DNA of 64,000 bases from an uncultured Aliarcobacter sp. (GCA_963677435.1 OY781945.1:2240001-2304000), one strand, 5' to 3'; shown: positions 29,205-39,551, numbered from the stretch's first letter. The notes: generated by a model from the sequence alone, not told the origin. Numbers and translations are program-made.

Positions 29205-29957
29205 TTGAAAAATTTACTTTTTGTAATATTACTCGCTATTTTTAGTTTTGCAAATGAAAATTACACTTCTAATAACAATGATTTTACTAATGAATTTGAT
29301 TCTGAGTTTTCAACAAAAAAAGAAGAAGTTTTTGATCCATTGAGTGGATACAATAGACTAATGACCACTTTTAACGATAAAACATTTATTTATCTTGTTA
29401 ATCCTATTGCAGAAGGTTATGCTTATGTAACTCCTGAACCAATTAGAATAGGAATAAACAATTTCTTTGATAATATTATGTTTCCAGTAAGATTTTCAAA
29501 TAATTTATTACAACTAAAATTTAAAAATTCACTAGAAGAACTAGAAAGATTTTTAATTAATACCCTTTGGGGACTTGGTGGAGTTTTAGATTTAGCAACA
29601 ACTGAACTTCATATACAAGCACATAATGAAGATTTTGGACAAACTTTAGGTTTTTATGGAGTAGGAGAAGGAATTCCTATTGTATTACCATTTTTTGGGC
29701 CATCAAACTTAAGAGATATGGTCGGAATTGCTACTGATTCTGTGGTTAGTCCATTAACAATAACTGCAAATGGCGATATAAATTATAAAATACCAAATAA
29801 TTTTGAACAACAAGTTGCAATTCAATCATTTAATGCAATTAATTCAACATCTTTAAAACTTGGACAATACGAATCTTTGAAAAAAGATGCTTTAGATTTA
29901 TATCCATTTTTAAGAGATATTTATGCACAAAAAAGAAAAAAAGAGATAGAGGAATAA
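29205..29957 (+). CDS. mlaA: MlaA/VacJ family protein
   Basis: DPLSGYNR, RFLINT..GLGG, EDFGQTLG, LPFFGPSNLRD; TTG start after AAAGGA. Confidence 0.88.
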   Translation: MKNLLFVILLAIFSFANENYTSNNNDFTNEFDSEFSTKKEEVFDPLSGYNRLMTTFNDKTFIYLVNPIAEGYAYVTPEPIRIGINNFFDNIMFPVRFSNNLLQLKFKNSLEELERFLINTLWGLGGVLDLATTELHIQAHNEDFGQTLGFYGVGEGIPIVLPFFGPSNLRDMVGIATDSVVSPLTITANGDINYKIPNNFEQQVAIQSFNAINSTSLKLGQYESLKKDALDLYPFLRDIYAQKRKKEIEE

Positions 29958-29960
29958 TAG

Positions 29961-30557
29961 GTGAAATTAAAAAGTTTGTTAAAAGTTTTATTACTAGTTG
30001 TATTTACAATAACATCTGCAAATGCATTAAATCAGGATGAAATACAAACTGTAATGACAAAAAAAATCGATAGTGTTTTAACAATTTTAGAACAAAAGAA
30101 TTTATCAACAGATGAAAAAGGTAAACAAATCATCAATATAATTGATGAAGTTTTTGATTATGAAATAATGGCAAGAATCGCTCTTGGAAAGACTTGGAAT
30201 ACTTTATCTCAAGATAAACAAAAAGAGTTTTCTAAAGTATTTGAAACTAAACTAAAAGATTCATATATAGATAAACTAAAATTATATAATGATCAAAAAG
30301 TAAAAATTGTAGGTCTTAATCCATATAGGGATACAAGATTACAACTTGAAACTGAACTTTTAGGTAAAGATGGTATTTATAAAATTAATTATAATTTTTA
30401 CAATAAGTCAAAAGATAGTCAAAACTGGTTAATTTATGATGTAGATTTGGTTGGGGTTAGTATTATTCAAACATACAGACAACAATTTGAAGGTTTATTA
30501 AAAGAAAAAACTTTTGATGAAATGTTAGTTTTACTAGAAAATCCAAATACAAAATAA
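29961..30557 (+). CDS. mlaC: MlaC/Ttg2D periplasmic lipid-binding protein
   Basis: FDYEIMARIALG, WLIYDVDLVGVS...YRQQF. Confidence 0.88.
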   Translation: MKLKSLLKVLLLVVFTITSANALNQDEIQTVMTKKIDSVLTILEQKNLSTDEKGKQIINIIDEVFDYEIMARIALGKTWNTLSQDKQKEFSKVFETKLKDSYIDKLKLYNDQKVKIVGLNPYRDTRLQLETELLGKDGIYKINYNFYNKSKDSQNWLIYDVDLVGVSIIQTYRQQFEGLLKEKTFDEMLVLLENPNTK

Positions 30558-33049
30558 TGATTAAAAAAATATATGATACTTTTATATTTAAGTATCCAAT
30601 TATTGTTTTATTTATTTTAACAATATTTGTTTCTACTTTAGGTTATTATGCAACTAAAGTAGAAATAGATGCCTCAGCTGAAACGCTTCTTTTAGATGAC
30701 GATAAAGATTTAATGTTCTTCAGAGAAGTTAATAAAACTTATAATAATTCAGACTTTTTATTTGTGACTTTTTCTCCAAAAACTGATTTACTCTCAAAAG
30801 AAAGCTTAGAAGATATAAAAAATATCTCTGATGATTTTCTAAAACTTGAAAATGTTAAAAGTATCACTTCAATTTTAAATGTTCCTTTACTTTTATCTCC
30901 TATTAGACCTATTTCTGATTTAGTTTCAGGAGTTGATTCGTTAGAAACAAAAGATTTTGATAAGAAACTTGTAAAAAATGAATTTCTCACTTCTCCTTTG
31001 TATAAAAACAATCTTGTAAGTAAGGATTTTAAAACTACTGCTTTAGTATTAAATTTACAAACTGATACAAAATATTTTGAACTTTTAGAAAAAAGAAACT
31101 CTTTACTTGCTAAACAAAGAGATAACACTATTACAAAAGAAGAGACTCAACAATTAGACAATGTTATTATTGAATTTAAAAACTATAGAGATTTTATAAG
31201 AAACAAAGAGAGTGTTGAAATCCAAAATATTCGAGATATTATAAAAAAATATGAACCTAGAAATAAGATATTTTTAGGCGGCGTAAATATGATAGCTAGT
31301 GATATTGTAGGTTTTGTTAAAAGTGATCTAGTAATTTATGGCTCTAGTTTAGTTTTGATTTTAATATTTGTTTTATGGTACATATTTAGACACATAAGAT
31401 GGATAGTTCTTCCTTTATTAGTTTGTTTTATCTCTGTAATATCTACAGCTGGGATTTTAGGATTATTTGGTTGGGAAGTTACAGTAATCTCTTCAAATTT
31501 TATCGCACTACAACTAATAATAACAATATCTATAGTTTTACATTTAATTGTAAGATATAGAGAGTTGAATTTAAAATACAAACATGCAAGCCAATATAAA
31601 TTAGTTATTAATACTATTTTATCAAAACTTGAACCATCTTTTTTCGCAATTATTACAACCATAATAGGATTTGGCTCTTTAATCTTATCACATATTGAAC
31701 CTGTAATTAATTTAGGTTTAATGATGAGTACTGGAATTGCTATTTCACTATTTTTATCATTTATTACCTTTCCTGTAATTTTAATATTAATGGAAAAAAA
31801 AGATGAACATGAAAAAGAAACTACAAGATTCTCTTTTATTCAAAAATGTTCAGAAGTAGTAGAACACCATGGAAAATTAATTATAATTGTTAGTCTTATT
31901 ACAATTATTTTTTCAGTAACAGGAGCTTCTAAATTAATTGTTGAGAATAGTTTTATTAATTACTTCAAAAAATCTACTGATATTTATAAGGGAATGAAAG
32001 TAATTGATGAAGAACTAGGAGGAACAACTCCTTTAGATATTATTGTGAAATTTAAAGATGAACCAAAAGTTGAGAAAATAGCAAAAGTTAAAAATCAAAA
32101 TGAATTTGATGATTTTGAAAATGAATTTGATGAAAAAAATGATGATAAACAATACTGGTTTAGCCAAGATAAAATGGATGTAATTATGGCTATTCATGAT
32201 TATTTAGAATCTATTCCAGAAGTTGGAAAAGTTCAATCATTAGCAACTTTATTAAAAATCGGGGAACTTTTAAATAATAAAGAGAAATTAGATGGGATAA
32301 CTTTGGCATTGTTATACAACCAATTACCAGAGCAATATAAAAAATTAATTCTTTCTCCATATATAAATATTGATAAAAATGAAGCTAGAATCACTATGAG
32401 AATAATAGATTCAAATCCAAACTTGAGAAGAAATGATTTATTAAATAAAATCAATCATGACTTAAGAGATATTATTAAAAATAAAGAGACAACTTACAGA
32501 TTATCAAATCTTATGGTTTTATATAATAATATGCTTCAATCTTTATTTAATTCACAAGTGTCAACTTTAGGCTTTACTATTGTTGTTTTATTTATAATGT
32601 TCTTAATACTATTTAGATCAATAAAAGTTGCACTAATAGCTTTAATATCAAATATAATCCCAATTTCAAGTATTTTTGGAATTATGGGTTGGTTAAATAT
32701 TCCTTTAGATGTTATGACTATTACAATTGCAGCAATTGCCATTGGAATTGGAGTTGATGATACTATTCACTTTATTCATAGATTTGAAGAAGAGTTTAGA
32801 GTTGACCATAATTATATAAATGCGATGAAAAGATCACATCAAAGTATTGGTTATGCTATGTATTATACTTCTTTAGTAATCATTCTTGGTTTTTCTATTC
32901 TAGTATTATCAAATTTAATCCCAACTATTTATTTTGGATTATTAACTGTTATTACAATGATTAGTGTATTAGCAGCTGATTTATTACTACTTCCAAAATT
33001 ATTATTGATATTTAAACCTTATGAAAAGTTAAAGGATATGAAAAAATGA
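30557..33049 (+). CDS. MMPL/RND-family lipid transporter
   Basis: Two RND halves; TTIIGFGSL, GIGVDDTIHF, LLLLPKLL. Confidence 0.88.
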   Translation: MIKKIYDTFIFKYPIIVLFILTIFVSTLGYYATKVEIDASAETLLLDDDKDLMFFREVNKTYNNSDFLFVTFSPKTDLLSKESLEDIKNISDDFLKLENVKSITSILNVPLLLSPIRPISDLVSGVDSLETKDFDKKLVKNEFLTSPLYKNNLVSKDFKTTALVLNLQTDTKYFELLEKRNSLLAKQRDNTITKEETQQLDNVIIEFKNYRDFIRNKESVEIQNIRDIIKKYEPRNKIFLGGVNMIASDIVGFVKSDLVIYGSSLVLILIFVLWYIFRHIRWIVLPLLVCFISVISTAGILGLFGWEVTVISSNFIALQLIITISIVLHLIVRYRELNLKYKHASQYKLVINTILSKLEPSFFAIITTIIGFGSLILSHIEPVINLGLMMSTGIAISLFLSFITFPVILILMEKKDEHEKETTRFSFIQKCSEVVEHHGKLIIIVSLITIIFSVTGASKLIVENSFINYFKKSTDIYKGMKVIDEELGGTTPLDIIVKFKDEPKVEKIAKVKNQNEFDDFENEFDEKNDDKQYWFSQDKMDVIMAIHDYLESIPEVGKVQSLATLLKIGELLNNKEKLDGITLALLYNQLPEQYKKLILSPYINIDKNEARITMRIIDSNPNLRRNDLLNKINHDLRDIIKNKETTYRLSNLMVLYNNMLQSLFNSQVSTLGFTIVVLFIMFLILFRSIKVALIALISNIIPISSIFGIMGWLNIPLDVMTITIAAIAIGIGVDDTIHFIHRFEEEFRVDHNYINAMKRSHQSIGYAMYYTSLVIILGFSILVLSNLIPTIYFGLLTVITMISVLAADLLLLPKLLLIFKPYEKLKDMKK

Positions 33050-33609
33050 ATGTAGCAATTTACTGTGGTTCTTCTTTTGGAAACGACAAAATATATGAAG
33101 AATCAACAAAAATCTTGGCGCAAAAATTAGCACAAAAAAATTTTAATATTGTTTATGGTGGCTCACTGCAAGGATTAATGGGAGTTATTTCAAATGAATC
33201 ACTAAAACATAATAATACAGTAACAGGTGTGATAACACATGATTTAGTCTCAAAAGAGATTGAAAATAAAAATATAACAAATATTCATAAAGTTCATACT
33301 ATGAACCAAAGAAAAGAAAAAATGGCAGAATTTGCAGATGCTTTTATAGCAATTCCTGGAGGTTATGGAACGCTAGAAGAGATTTTTGATGTAATTGCTT
33401 CTGCTCAACTTGGTTATCATAAAAAACCTTGTGCTTTTTTAAATACAAATGGTTACTACACTCATTTAATTGAATTTTTAAGAAATAGTGTAAATGAAGG
33501 ATTTATTAATCAAGTTTATGTTGATATGTTAATTGTTTCTGATGATATAGATGAAATAATTGAAAGAATATCTAATTATAGTGCACCAAAAGATAAATGG
33601 GAAAAATAA
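33046..33609 (+). CDS. LOG family nucleotide phosphoribohydrolase (TIGR00730-like)
   Basis: YCGS, VYGG..GLMG, RK..M, PGGYGTLEE. Confidence 0.9.
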   Translation: MNVAIYCGSSFGNDKIYEESTKILAQKLAQKNFNIVYGGSLQGLMGVISNESLKHNNTVTGVITHDLVSKEIENKNITNIHKVHTMNQRKEKMAEFADAFIAIPGGYGTLEEIFDVIASAQLGYHKKPCAFLNTNGYYTHLIEFLRNSVNEGFINQVYVDMLIVSDDIDEIIERISNYSAPKDKWEK

Positions 33610-33681
33610 ATTTTTGTTATATTTACATTCTGTTAACTTTTTATTTAATAAGGGTTAATGCACAAAGCTTATAATTACTTT

Positions 33682-33786
33682 ACAGGTTGATTATAACTTA
33701 ATTGCGATGTTAAGACTTATTTAACTTTAATTTCTCCTCCTAATATATACAAATCAAAAGGGAAGCCTATAACCTTCCCTTTTTCT
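33682..33786 (+). ncRNA. Candidate sRNA with C/U-rich anti-SD motif (boundaries approximate)
   Basis: TATAAT at 33670-33675, TTTCTCCTCCT at 33731-33741, terminator at 33756-33784, no credible ORF. Confidence 0.45.
33756..33784 (+). terminator. Intrinsic terminator
   Basis: AAAAGGGAAG-cctataac-CTTCCCTTTTT. Confidence 0.75.
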
Positions 33787-33820
33787 CATTTAATCTAATT
33801 TAAACTCAGGAAAACTTTTT

Positions 33821-34456
33821 ATGAAAAAATATATCTTATTTGATAATGATGGCGTTTTAGTTCATACTGAACCTTTATATTTTAAAGCAAATATAATAGC
33901 TTTAGAAGAATTTTTTAATATCTCTTTAGAATTTGAAGAGTATATGAAAATAATGAGTGAGGGAACTACAGTATGGCAAAAAGCTTTTAATAAAGGCTTT
34001 TCTCAAGATGAAATAGAAAAAGCTAGAAATCAAAGAAATTTATACTATCAAAACTTCTTAAGAACTGAAAATATTTTAATACCACAAGTAAAAGAAGTAC
34101 TTAAAAAACTATCAAAGAAATATAAAATGGGAATAGTAACAACTTCAAGAAGAGTAGATTTTGAAATAATTCACAAAGATTTAGGAATAGTTGATTATAT
34201 GGATTTTGTACTTTGTGAAGAAGATTATGACTATGCAAAACCACATCCAGAACCATATCTAAAAGGCTTAGAAATGTTTAAAGCAACCAAAGATGAAGCA
34301 ATTGTGATTGAAGACTCTACAAGAGGTTTAACAGCAGCTTACAAAGCTGGAATTGAGTGTGTTATTGTAAAAAATGAATTCACAAGAACACAAGATTTCT
34401 CAAAAGCTAGTTATTTTATAGATAACCTAAAAGAATTGGAAACTATTTTAAATTAG
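33821..34456 (+). CDS. HAD family hydrolase/phosphatase
   Basis: FDNDGVL, TTS, KPHPEPY, IEDS. Confidence 0.9.
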   Translation: MKKYILFDNDGVLVHTEPLYFKANIIALEEFFNISLEFEEYMKIMSEGTTVWQKAFNKGFSQDEIEKARNQRNLYYQNFLRTENILIPQVKEVLKKLSKKYKMGIVTTSRRVDFEIIHKDLGIVDYMDFVLCEEDYDYAKPHPEPYLKGLEMFKATKDEAIVIEDSTRGLTAAYKAGIECVIVKNEFTRTQDFSKASYFIDNLKELETILN

Positions 34457-35025
34457 TTTCCAATCGCCATTTTAATATATTTTTCTAACTCTTCTTTAGG
34501 AGTTTTTCCTACAAATTTTTTGATAAATTTTCCATCTTTTGAAAATAAAAACATTTCAGGGACTTTTTGAACATCACCTAACTCTTTTGTTAATTTGAAA
34601 TTTTCTTCACCAATTGTCATTGGATAATTAATTTCATTTTTAGAAATAAAATCTTTTATTTCTTGTTTTAATCTATCATGTTCAAATAAAACAGAAACTA
34701 TTTCAAAATTCTCTTTATATTTTTCTCTTACTTCTTTAAGAATTGGTAATTCTTCTATACAAGGAGGACACCAAGTTGCAAAAACATCAATTAAAACTGC
34801 TTTTTTACCTTTATATTCATCAAAATCAATACCATCTGGTGTTGTTTTAAAACTAATAGTTTTATCATCTGTTGTGGTTAAATTAAATACTTGAGGAACA
34901 AATTCATAATTATTACTCTCTAATGATTTTTTTGCAATTACACTACTATCAATAGTTGATTTATCATCACAACCACTAAATAAAAACCCAATAACCAATA
35001 ATCCTACTAAAAAACTCTTTTTCAT
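34453..35025 (-). CDS. TlpA-like thiol:disulfide oxidoreductase lipoprotein
   Basis: Lipobox FSGC, FATWCPPC, VP cis-Pro loop. Confidence 0.88.
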   Translation of the reverse strand: MKKSFLVGLLVIGFLFSGCDDKSTIDSSVIAKKSLESNNYEFVPQVFNLTTTDDKTISFKTTPDGIDFDEYKGKKAVLIDVFATWCPPCIEELPILKEVREKYKENFEIVSVLFEHDRLKQEIKDFISKNEINYPMTIGEENFKLTKELGDVQKVPEMFLFSKDGKFIKKFVGKTPKEELEKYIKMAIGN

Positions 35026-35321
35026 TACTTTCCTAAATTTGATAATTCTTGTATTAAATTTCTAGCCTCATCTTTTTCAAAAAAGATATTCATTGACAAC
35101 TCATAATTTACTCTTTTAAGAAATTTTAATCTCTCTTGTAATTGTAAATCTTTATTATCTTCATATTTTTCTAAAATTTCTTGAAGCTCAACCTTATAAT
35201 TTTCTATTAATTCCTCTTTTTTTACAGCTTTGGGTTTTACAAAACTTGTTTTATTCTTTTTTAAATAAATATAAACAACTGTAAAAAAAGCACTTAAAAG
35301 TAGAGCTAATAAATATTCCAT
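35025..35321 (-). CDS. Hypothetical protein with N-terminal TM anchor
   Basis: 98 aa ORF tightly packed in minus-strand operon. Confidence 0.7.
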   Translation of the reverse strand: MEYLLALLLSAFFTVVYIYLKKNKTSFVKPKAVKKEELIENYKVELQEILEKYEDNKDLQLQERLKFLKRVNYELSMNIFFEKDEARNLIQELSNLGK

Positions 35322-35322
35322 A

Positions 35323-36507
35323 TTATTTACTTCTCGCTATTGCTTTAGCTTCTTTAGCTATTGTTTCAGCTCGTTTTGCAATTTCTAAAACTTGCTGAAT
35401 TGTTTGATTATCTAAAAGTTCTTTTTCTAACTTTTCAACTCTTTCTAAAATAGTTCTATAATCTGCATGACCTAAAGTTTGTACTACATTTGCTGATTTT
35501 ATTATATGATTTACATAAGTTAAATCTTTCCAATTTAAGCTAATTTGATTATCTAAATAATCTTTATATTTTTCATTTATCTTAGTTTCATTTTTTATAA
35601 ACGCTAAATCTAAATTTATATCATCTTTTTTTGCAAATAAATTATAATACAAACTTTGTAAATGAATAGAATCTTTTAAAGCAGATATATATGTGTAAAC
35701 TTTTTCTTTTTCACCATTTTCTAACATATAAGATAAAATAACTTCTGATACTTTTCCATATTCATTTGATAATAAATTATCCATTTTTTTATTGCATTCA
35801 AGAAAAATTCGCTCTGATTTCTTTTTATCTAAAGCTCTAATAAATTTAAATAGTTCTAAATTAAAACCAAAATCAAATCTATTTATTTGAATAAATAAAG
35901 GATTAATAATATCACTTGAATTAGCTGTAGAATTTGCATAAGAAACTATACTATCAACAAATACTGCATCTTCTTTTTTGAAATTAGTATTTTTATAATA
36001 ATCTTCTATTTCTTTAAATAACTCTTCTTGTAAAACAGCTTTTGATTTTTTTTCATAAAAGTTAATTCCATCTTTAACATTAAACTTTTTCATACTTTCA
36101 TGAATTGAAGTATATGAATTTGATAAATGTTTATAATGTTCTATTTTTTCTTTTATATTTCTGTTTTTCAATAAATTTAAATGATTTTTTAAAATATCAT
36201 CTTTTAAAGAATTTAAACTATTAGCTGGTTTAGAACCTCTTTTTGGTAACTCTAAAACGATTTTATTTAGTTTTTCATTATGTACTTCAAGCTCTTTTAT
36301 ATCTTTTATTTCTGAAATTAAATTTAAAAGCTCTTTAGTTTTTATTGCATTATTCAAAGTAAATAATACTCCGAATAATAAAGCTAATAGTATTAATATA
36401 ATTACATAAATAGTATTTGGATCTTGGGAATAAATCAATGATAAATTATAATCTGATTCTTGAACAAGAGTTATAAAATCAGTTACTTTTCCAAAAATAT
36501 CCATCAA
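35323..36507 (-). CDS. Hypothetical membrane-anchored helical protein
   Basis: 394 aa ORF, one TM near N-terminus, AAGGA SD, C-terminal coiled coil. Confidence 0.75.
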   Translation of the reverse strand: MMDIFGKVTDFITLVQESDYNLSLIYSQDPNTIYVIILILLALLFGVLFTLNNAIKTKELLNLISEIKDIKELEVHNEKLNKIVLELPKRGSKPANSLNSLKDDILKNHLNLLKNRNIKEKIEHYKHLSNSYTSIHESMKKFNVKDGINFYEKKSKAVLQEELFKEIEDYYKNTNFKKEDAVFVDSIVSYANSTANSSDIINPLFIQINRFDFGFNLELFKFIRALDKKKSERIFLECNKKMDNLLSNEYGKVSEVILSYMLENGEKEKVYTYISALKDSIHLQSLYYNLFAKKDDINLDLAFIKNETKINEKYKDYLDNQISLNWKDLTYVNHIIKSANVVQTLGHADYRTILERVEKLEKELLDNQTIQQVLEIAKRAETIAKEAKAIARSK

Positions 36508-36515
36508 ATTTCCTT

Positions 36516-37163
36516 TTATTTATAAATTTCTGTTTCAACTAAATCAAATAAATCTTTTTCAGATAATCTTTGTAATTTTTTATTATTTACAAAAACAGTT
36601 GGTGTTCCTCTAACTTCTAAAGCTTTTGCATCTTTTGCATCATTATTTAAAAGTTCATCTATTTTTGGATTTTTCATATCTTCTTTTAATTTATCAATAT
36701 TTAATCCATCAATTTGACCTAAAAATGTCCATAATAACTCAGGTTTTTCATTGTTATGCTCTGCCCAAATTGGCTGTTTTTCAAACATAATACTTAATAC
36801 TTCTTCATATTTATTTTGCTCTCGTGAAGCCTCAAGAATTTGAATAGCAAATTTAGAATTTTTATGATTTGCTAAATATCTGATAACTAATTTTATATCA
36901 GAATAATGCTCTTTATAAAGTTTTCTCATTATTGGATAAAAAAGTGCACAAGATTCACATTCAGGGTCTAAAAACTCCACAACTGTAACATTTTGTTTAT
37001 TTTCACCAAATGATATAGATTCTTGTTTTACCAAAGAAGTTGTATTTGAAGATACAAGAGAAGACTCTTTATTATTTTGACTATCTTTATATAAATAGCT
37101 TAATGCAATGAATAAGACTACTAAAACAAATAGAGTTATTCCTACTAATTTTTTATTTTTCAT
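36516..37163 (-). CDS. DsbA/BdbD-like thioredoxin-fold protein
   Basis: N-terminal TM, EFLDPECESC, GTPT cis-Pro. Confidence 0.85.
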   Translation of the reverse strand: MKNKKLVGITLFVLVVLFIALSYLYKDSQNNKESSLVSSNTTSLVKQESISFGENKQNVTVVEFLDPECESCALFYPIMRKLYKEHYSDIKLVIRYLANHKNSKFAIQILEASREQNKYEEVLSIMFEKQPIWAEHNNEKPELLWTFLGQIDGLNIDKLKEDMKNPKIDELLNNDAKDAKALEVRGTPTVFVNNKKLQRLSEKDLFDLVETEIYK

Positions 37164-37600
37164 TTATTTCCTTTTTTTAAAATTATTAATAAAATAAGGA
37201 TGATAGTATAAGCAAAAAAAGATAACAAAGGAATTGTAATAAAACCTAACCAATTAATATAAACAGTAGAGCAAGGTACTCCTTGAACACAAGGAGATAA
37301 ATCTTCAGGAATTATTTTATACATCAATAAGTTGTGATAAATTGAGATACTCCAACCAATAAATACTAAAGGAAAAGAATATTTGAATATTTTATCATCT
37401 GGAAAAAGTAAATTTATTAAAAATAAAAAAACTAAAGGATACATAAATATTCGTTGATACCAACATAAAGAGCAAGGAATAAAATTCATTATTTGTGAGA
37501 AGAAAAGGCTTCCTAAAGTTGCTACTAAAGAGACAAGAAAAGCCAAAAAAATAAAGGTCAAACTCGAAGAGTCTGACCTTTTAGATAAATCTAAAGACAT
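37160..37600 (-). CDS. Disulfide bond formation protein DsbB/BdbC
   Basis: PCSLCWYQRIFMYP, CVQGVPCS, 4 TM helices. Confidence 0.9.
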   Translation of the reverse strand: MSLDLSKRSDSSSLTFIFLAFLVSLVATLGSLFFSQIMNFIPCSLCWYQRIFMYPLVFLFLINLLFPDDKIFKYSFPLVFIGWSISIYHNLLMYKIIPEDLSPCVQGVPCSTVYINWLGFITIPLLSFFAYTIILILLIILKKGNK

Positions 37601-37605
37601 GGAAA

Positions 37606-37890
37606 TTAAGCTCCTCCACCAATATCTGAATTTAATTCTGCATGAATAGAACTTCTAGGAATTGACTCACATAAATCAATTGACTCATGTAATGCTTTTA
37701 AAAATGTTTCTATATTTTCATAAGGAATTTCAACTTCTGAAGTTTTAGTTTTTCCATGAGAATAAACGGCAATACTAACAACGGGACTACTATATTCACC
37801 ATAAGGTTTCTCAACATGTTCTATTTTTACAGTATCATCTGTACTATGAGCTAATTTAAATGTTTTAACTTCAATATGTTTTGCTGGCAT
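37606..37890 (-). CDS. Hypothetical protein
   Basis: 94 aa ORF, AAGGAG SD, first gene of the Dsb operon. Confidence 0.7.
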   Translation of the reverse strand: MPAKHIEVKTFKLAHSTDDTVKIEHVEKPYGEYSSPVVSIAVYSHGKTKTSEVEIPYENIETFLKALHESIDLCESIPRSSIHAELNSDIGGGA

Positions 37891-37957
37891 AATAAACTCC
37901 TTTTATTTTGATAAGTTAATTGTAACAAAAAAAAGTTATATAAACAAAGCATTTTTA

Positions 37958-38887
37958 TTATTTAATTGAAGTTGCTGTTAAAAAAAGATAATTTTTTCCA
38001 GTTAAAGTAACTCTATATTTCTTTTGTTGAAGATATTTTTTACAAAAATATACATCTTTATATAAAACAGACTGCTCACTGTATGAATAATTTGCTGCTT
38101 TTGCTCCATAAATCATCTCACCATTTATCCATCTACAATTTGGGAAACCTAAAATTATTGAACCTTTATCCTCTAAATAATTTTGTATTAAATCCATAAA
38201 TAAAAGTTTAAAATTCAATCCTGAACTTTGAAGAGTTCCTATAGAAATAATCAAATCTGCCTTTTTTAAATTTAATTCTTCTAATTTATTAATATCATGA
38301 TTATAAAAAGTAAAATTATCTTGTGGAAATCTCTTTTTAGAGTATTCAATAGCACTAGGAGAGTAATCAACTCCAACTAAATTCATTAAATTTAAAACTT
38401 CTTCATCAACTAACTTTTTTATTATTTCAAACTCATCTGCTTTATTTATTCCTAAATCTAAAATATTTCTTTTTTCTTCAATTTTTACATTTTTTAAAGC
38501 ATACATATATGCATTCAAGAAAGATGGTTCTTCATTTTTATTTATTCTAAAAAATGTTGATTCTTCACCATATTTTTCATTTTTCTCATCATTTAAATCT
38601 TTATGAAATGAATCATTTTTATTTAATTTCTGGAATTTTATAACAATTGTTGGAACATTTACAGAAACAATTAACAATTTAGAAAATAGTAATTCAGCTA
38701 AATCATTCCATGCTTTATAAGATCTATAGATAAACTCTTGATTTTCTAATTTTATTATCTCTCCTGCATAAATATCTATTTTTGTATCGGGATTTAATAC
38801 TTCAAATAGAATTTCATCTTTATTTTTAAGTTCTTCTTTTAAATATAAAATTATCTCAAACATCGATTCATTGGTAAATTTTTTCAT
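37958..38887 (-). CDS. Class I SAM-dependent methyltransferase domain protein
   Basis: ILDLG motif I, VGVDYS, DI, ADLIISIG. Confidence 0.7.
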   Translation of the reverse strand: MKKFTNESMFEIILYLKEELKNKDEILFEVLNPDTKIDIYAGEIIKLENQEFIYRSYKAWNDLAELLFSKLLIVSVNVPTIVIKFQKLNKNDSFHKDLNDEKNEKYGEESTFFRINKNEEPSFLNAYMYALKNVKIEEKRNILDLGINKADEFEIIKKLVDEEVLNLMNLVGVDYSPSAIEYSKKRFPQDNFTFYNHDINKLEELNLKKADLIISIGTLQSSGLNFKLLFMDLIQNYLEDKGSIILGFPNCRWINGEMIYGAKAANYSYSEQSVLYKDVYFCKKYLQQKKYRVTLTGKNYLFLTATSIK

Positions 38888-39068
38888 TTTTCTCTCATAT
38901 ATTTTTTTTTGATTATAGTATATTTCATATAATTATCATATTGTTACTTTTTTGCTTATTTTTAAGAATTAATATTTTTATTTAAACTTTTTTTAATTTA
39001 TACACTTTTTATACATTTTATTTTATTAATATAAGAACATTATTTATTTAGGAAAAGAAGGAACAATT

Positions 39069-39551
39069 ATGAATATTCAAACAGCAGATTTATGTGACGA
39101 TAATAGAGATAAAGAAATACAAGTTTTATCAGCAAAATTTAATAATTATGGTGGATTAAAAAAATTTAGTGGACAAATAGTAACTGTTAAACTTGATAAA
39201 AGTAATTGGCTTTTATTAGAAATGCTAAGAGATGAAGATGGAAAAGGAAGAATTATTGTTGTTGATAACTCACAAGAATTTTTTGGAGTTGTAGGAGATA
39301 AATTAATGGCTTTTGCTAGAAATAACAACTGGAAAGCAATTATTCTAAATGGTTATGTAAGAGATATTGATGAAACAAAAAATATTAATGTTGGATTATA
39401 TGCAATTGGAACTTGTCCACTTAGAAATTTTGAAAAAACTGATTCACAAAGAGATATTGAGTTGAATTTTGAAGGTGTAACATTTAATACAGGTGATTAC
39501 ATTTATGCAGATAATGATGGTGTAATTGTTACAAAAAGTAAACTAATATAG
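39069..39551 (+). CDS. rraA: RraA family protein (RNase E regulator / HMG aldolase)
   Basis: TADLCD, VGD, GYVRD, YADNDG. Confidence 0.88.
   Translation: MNIQTADLCDDNRDKEIQVLSAKFNNYGGLKKFSGQIVTVKLDKSNWLLLEMLRDEDGKGRIIVVDNSQEFFGVVGDKLMAFARNNNWKAIILNGYVRDIDETKNINVGLYAIGTCPLRNFEKTDSQRDIELNFEGVTFNTGDYIYADNDGVIVTKSKLI

Noticed and set aside
33690..33741. Minus-strand leader peptide or type I toxin behind AGGAGGAG
   Set aside because: No ATG/GTG/TTG at a usable distance after the SD-like sequence
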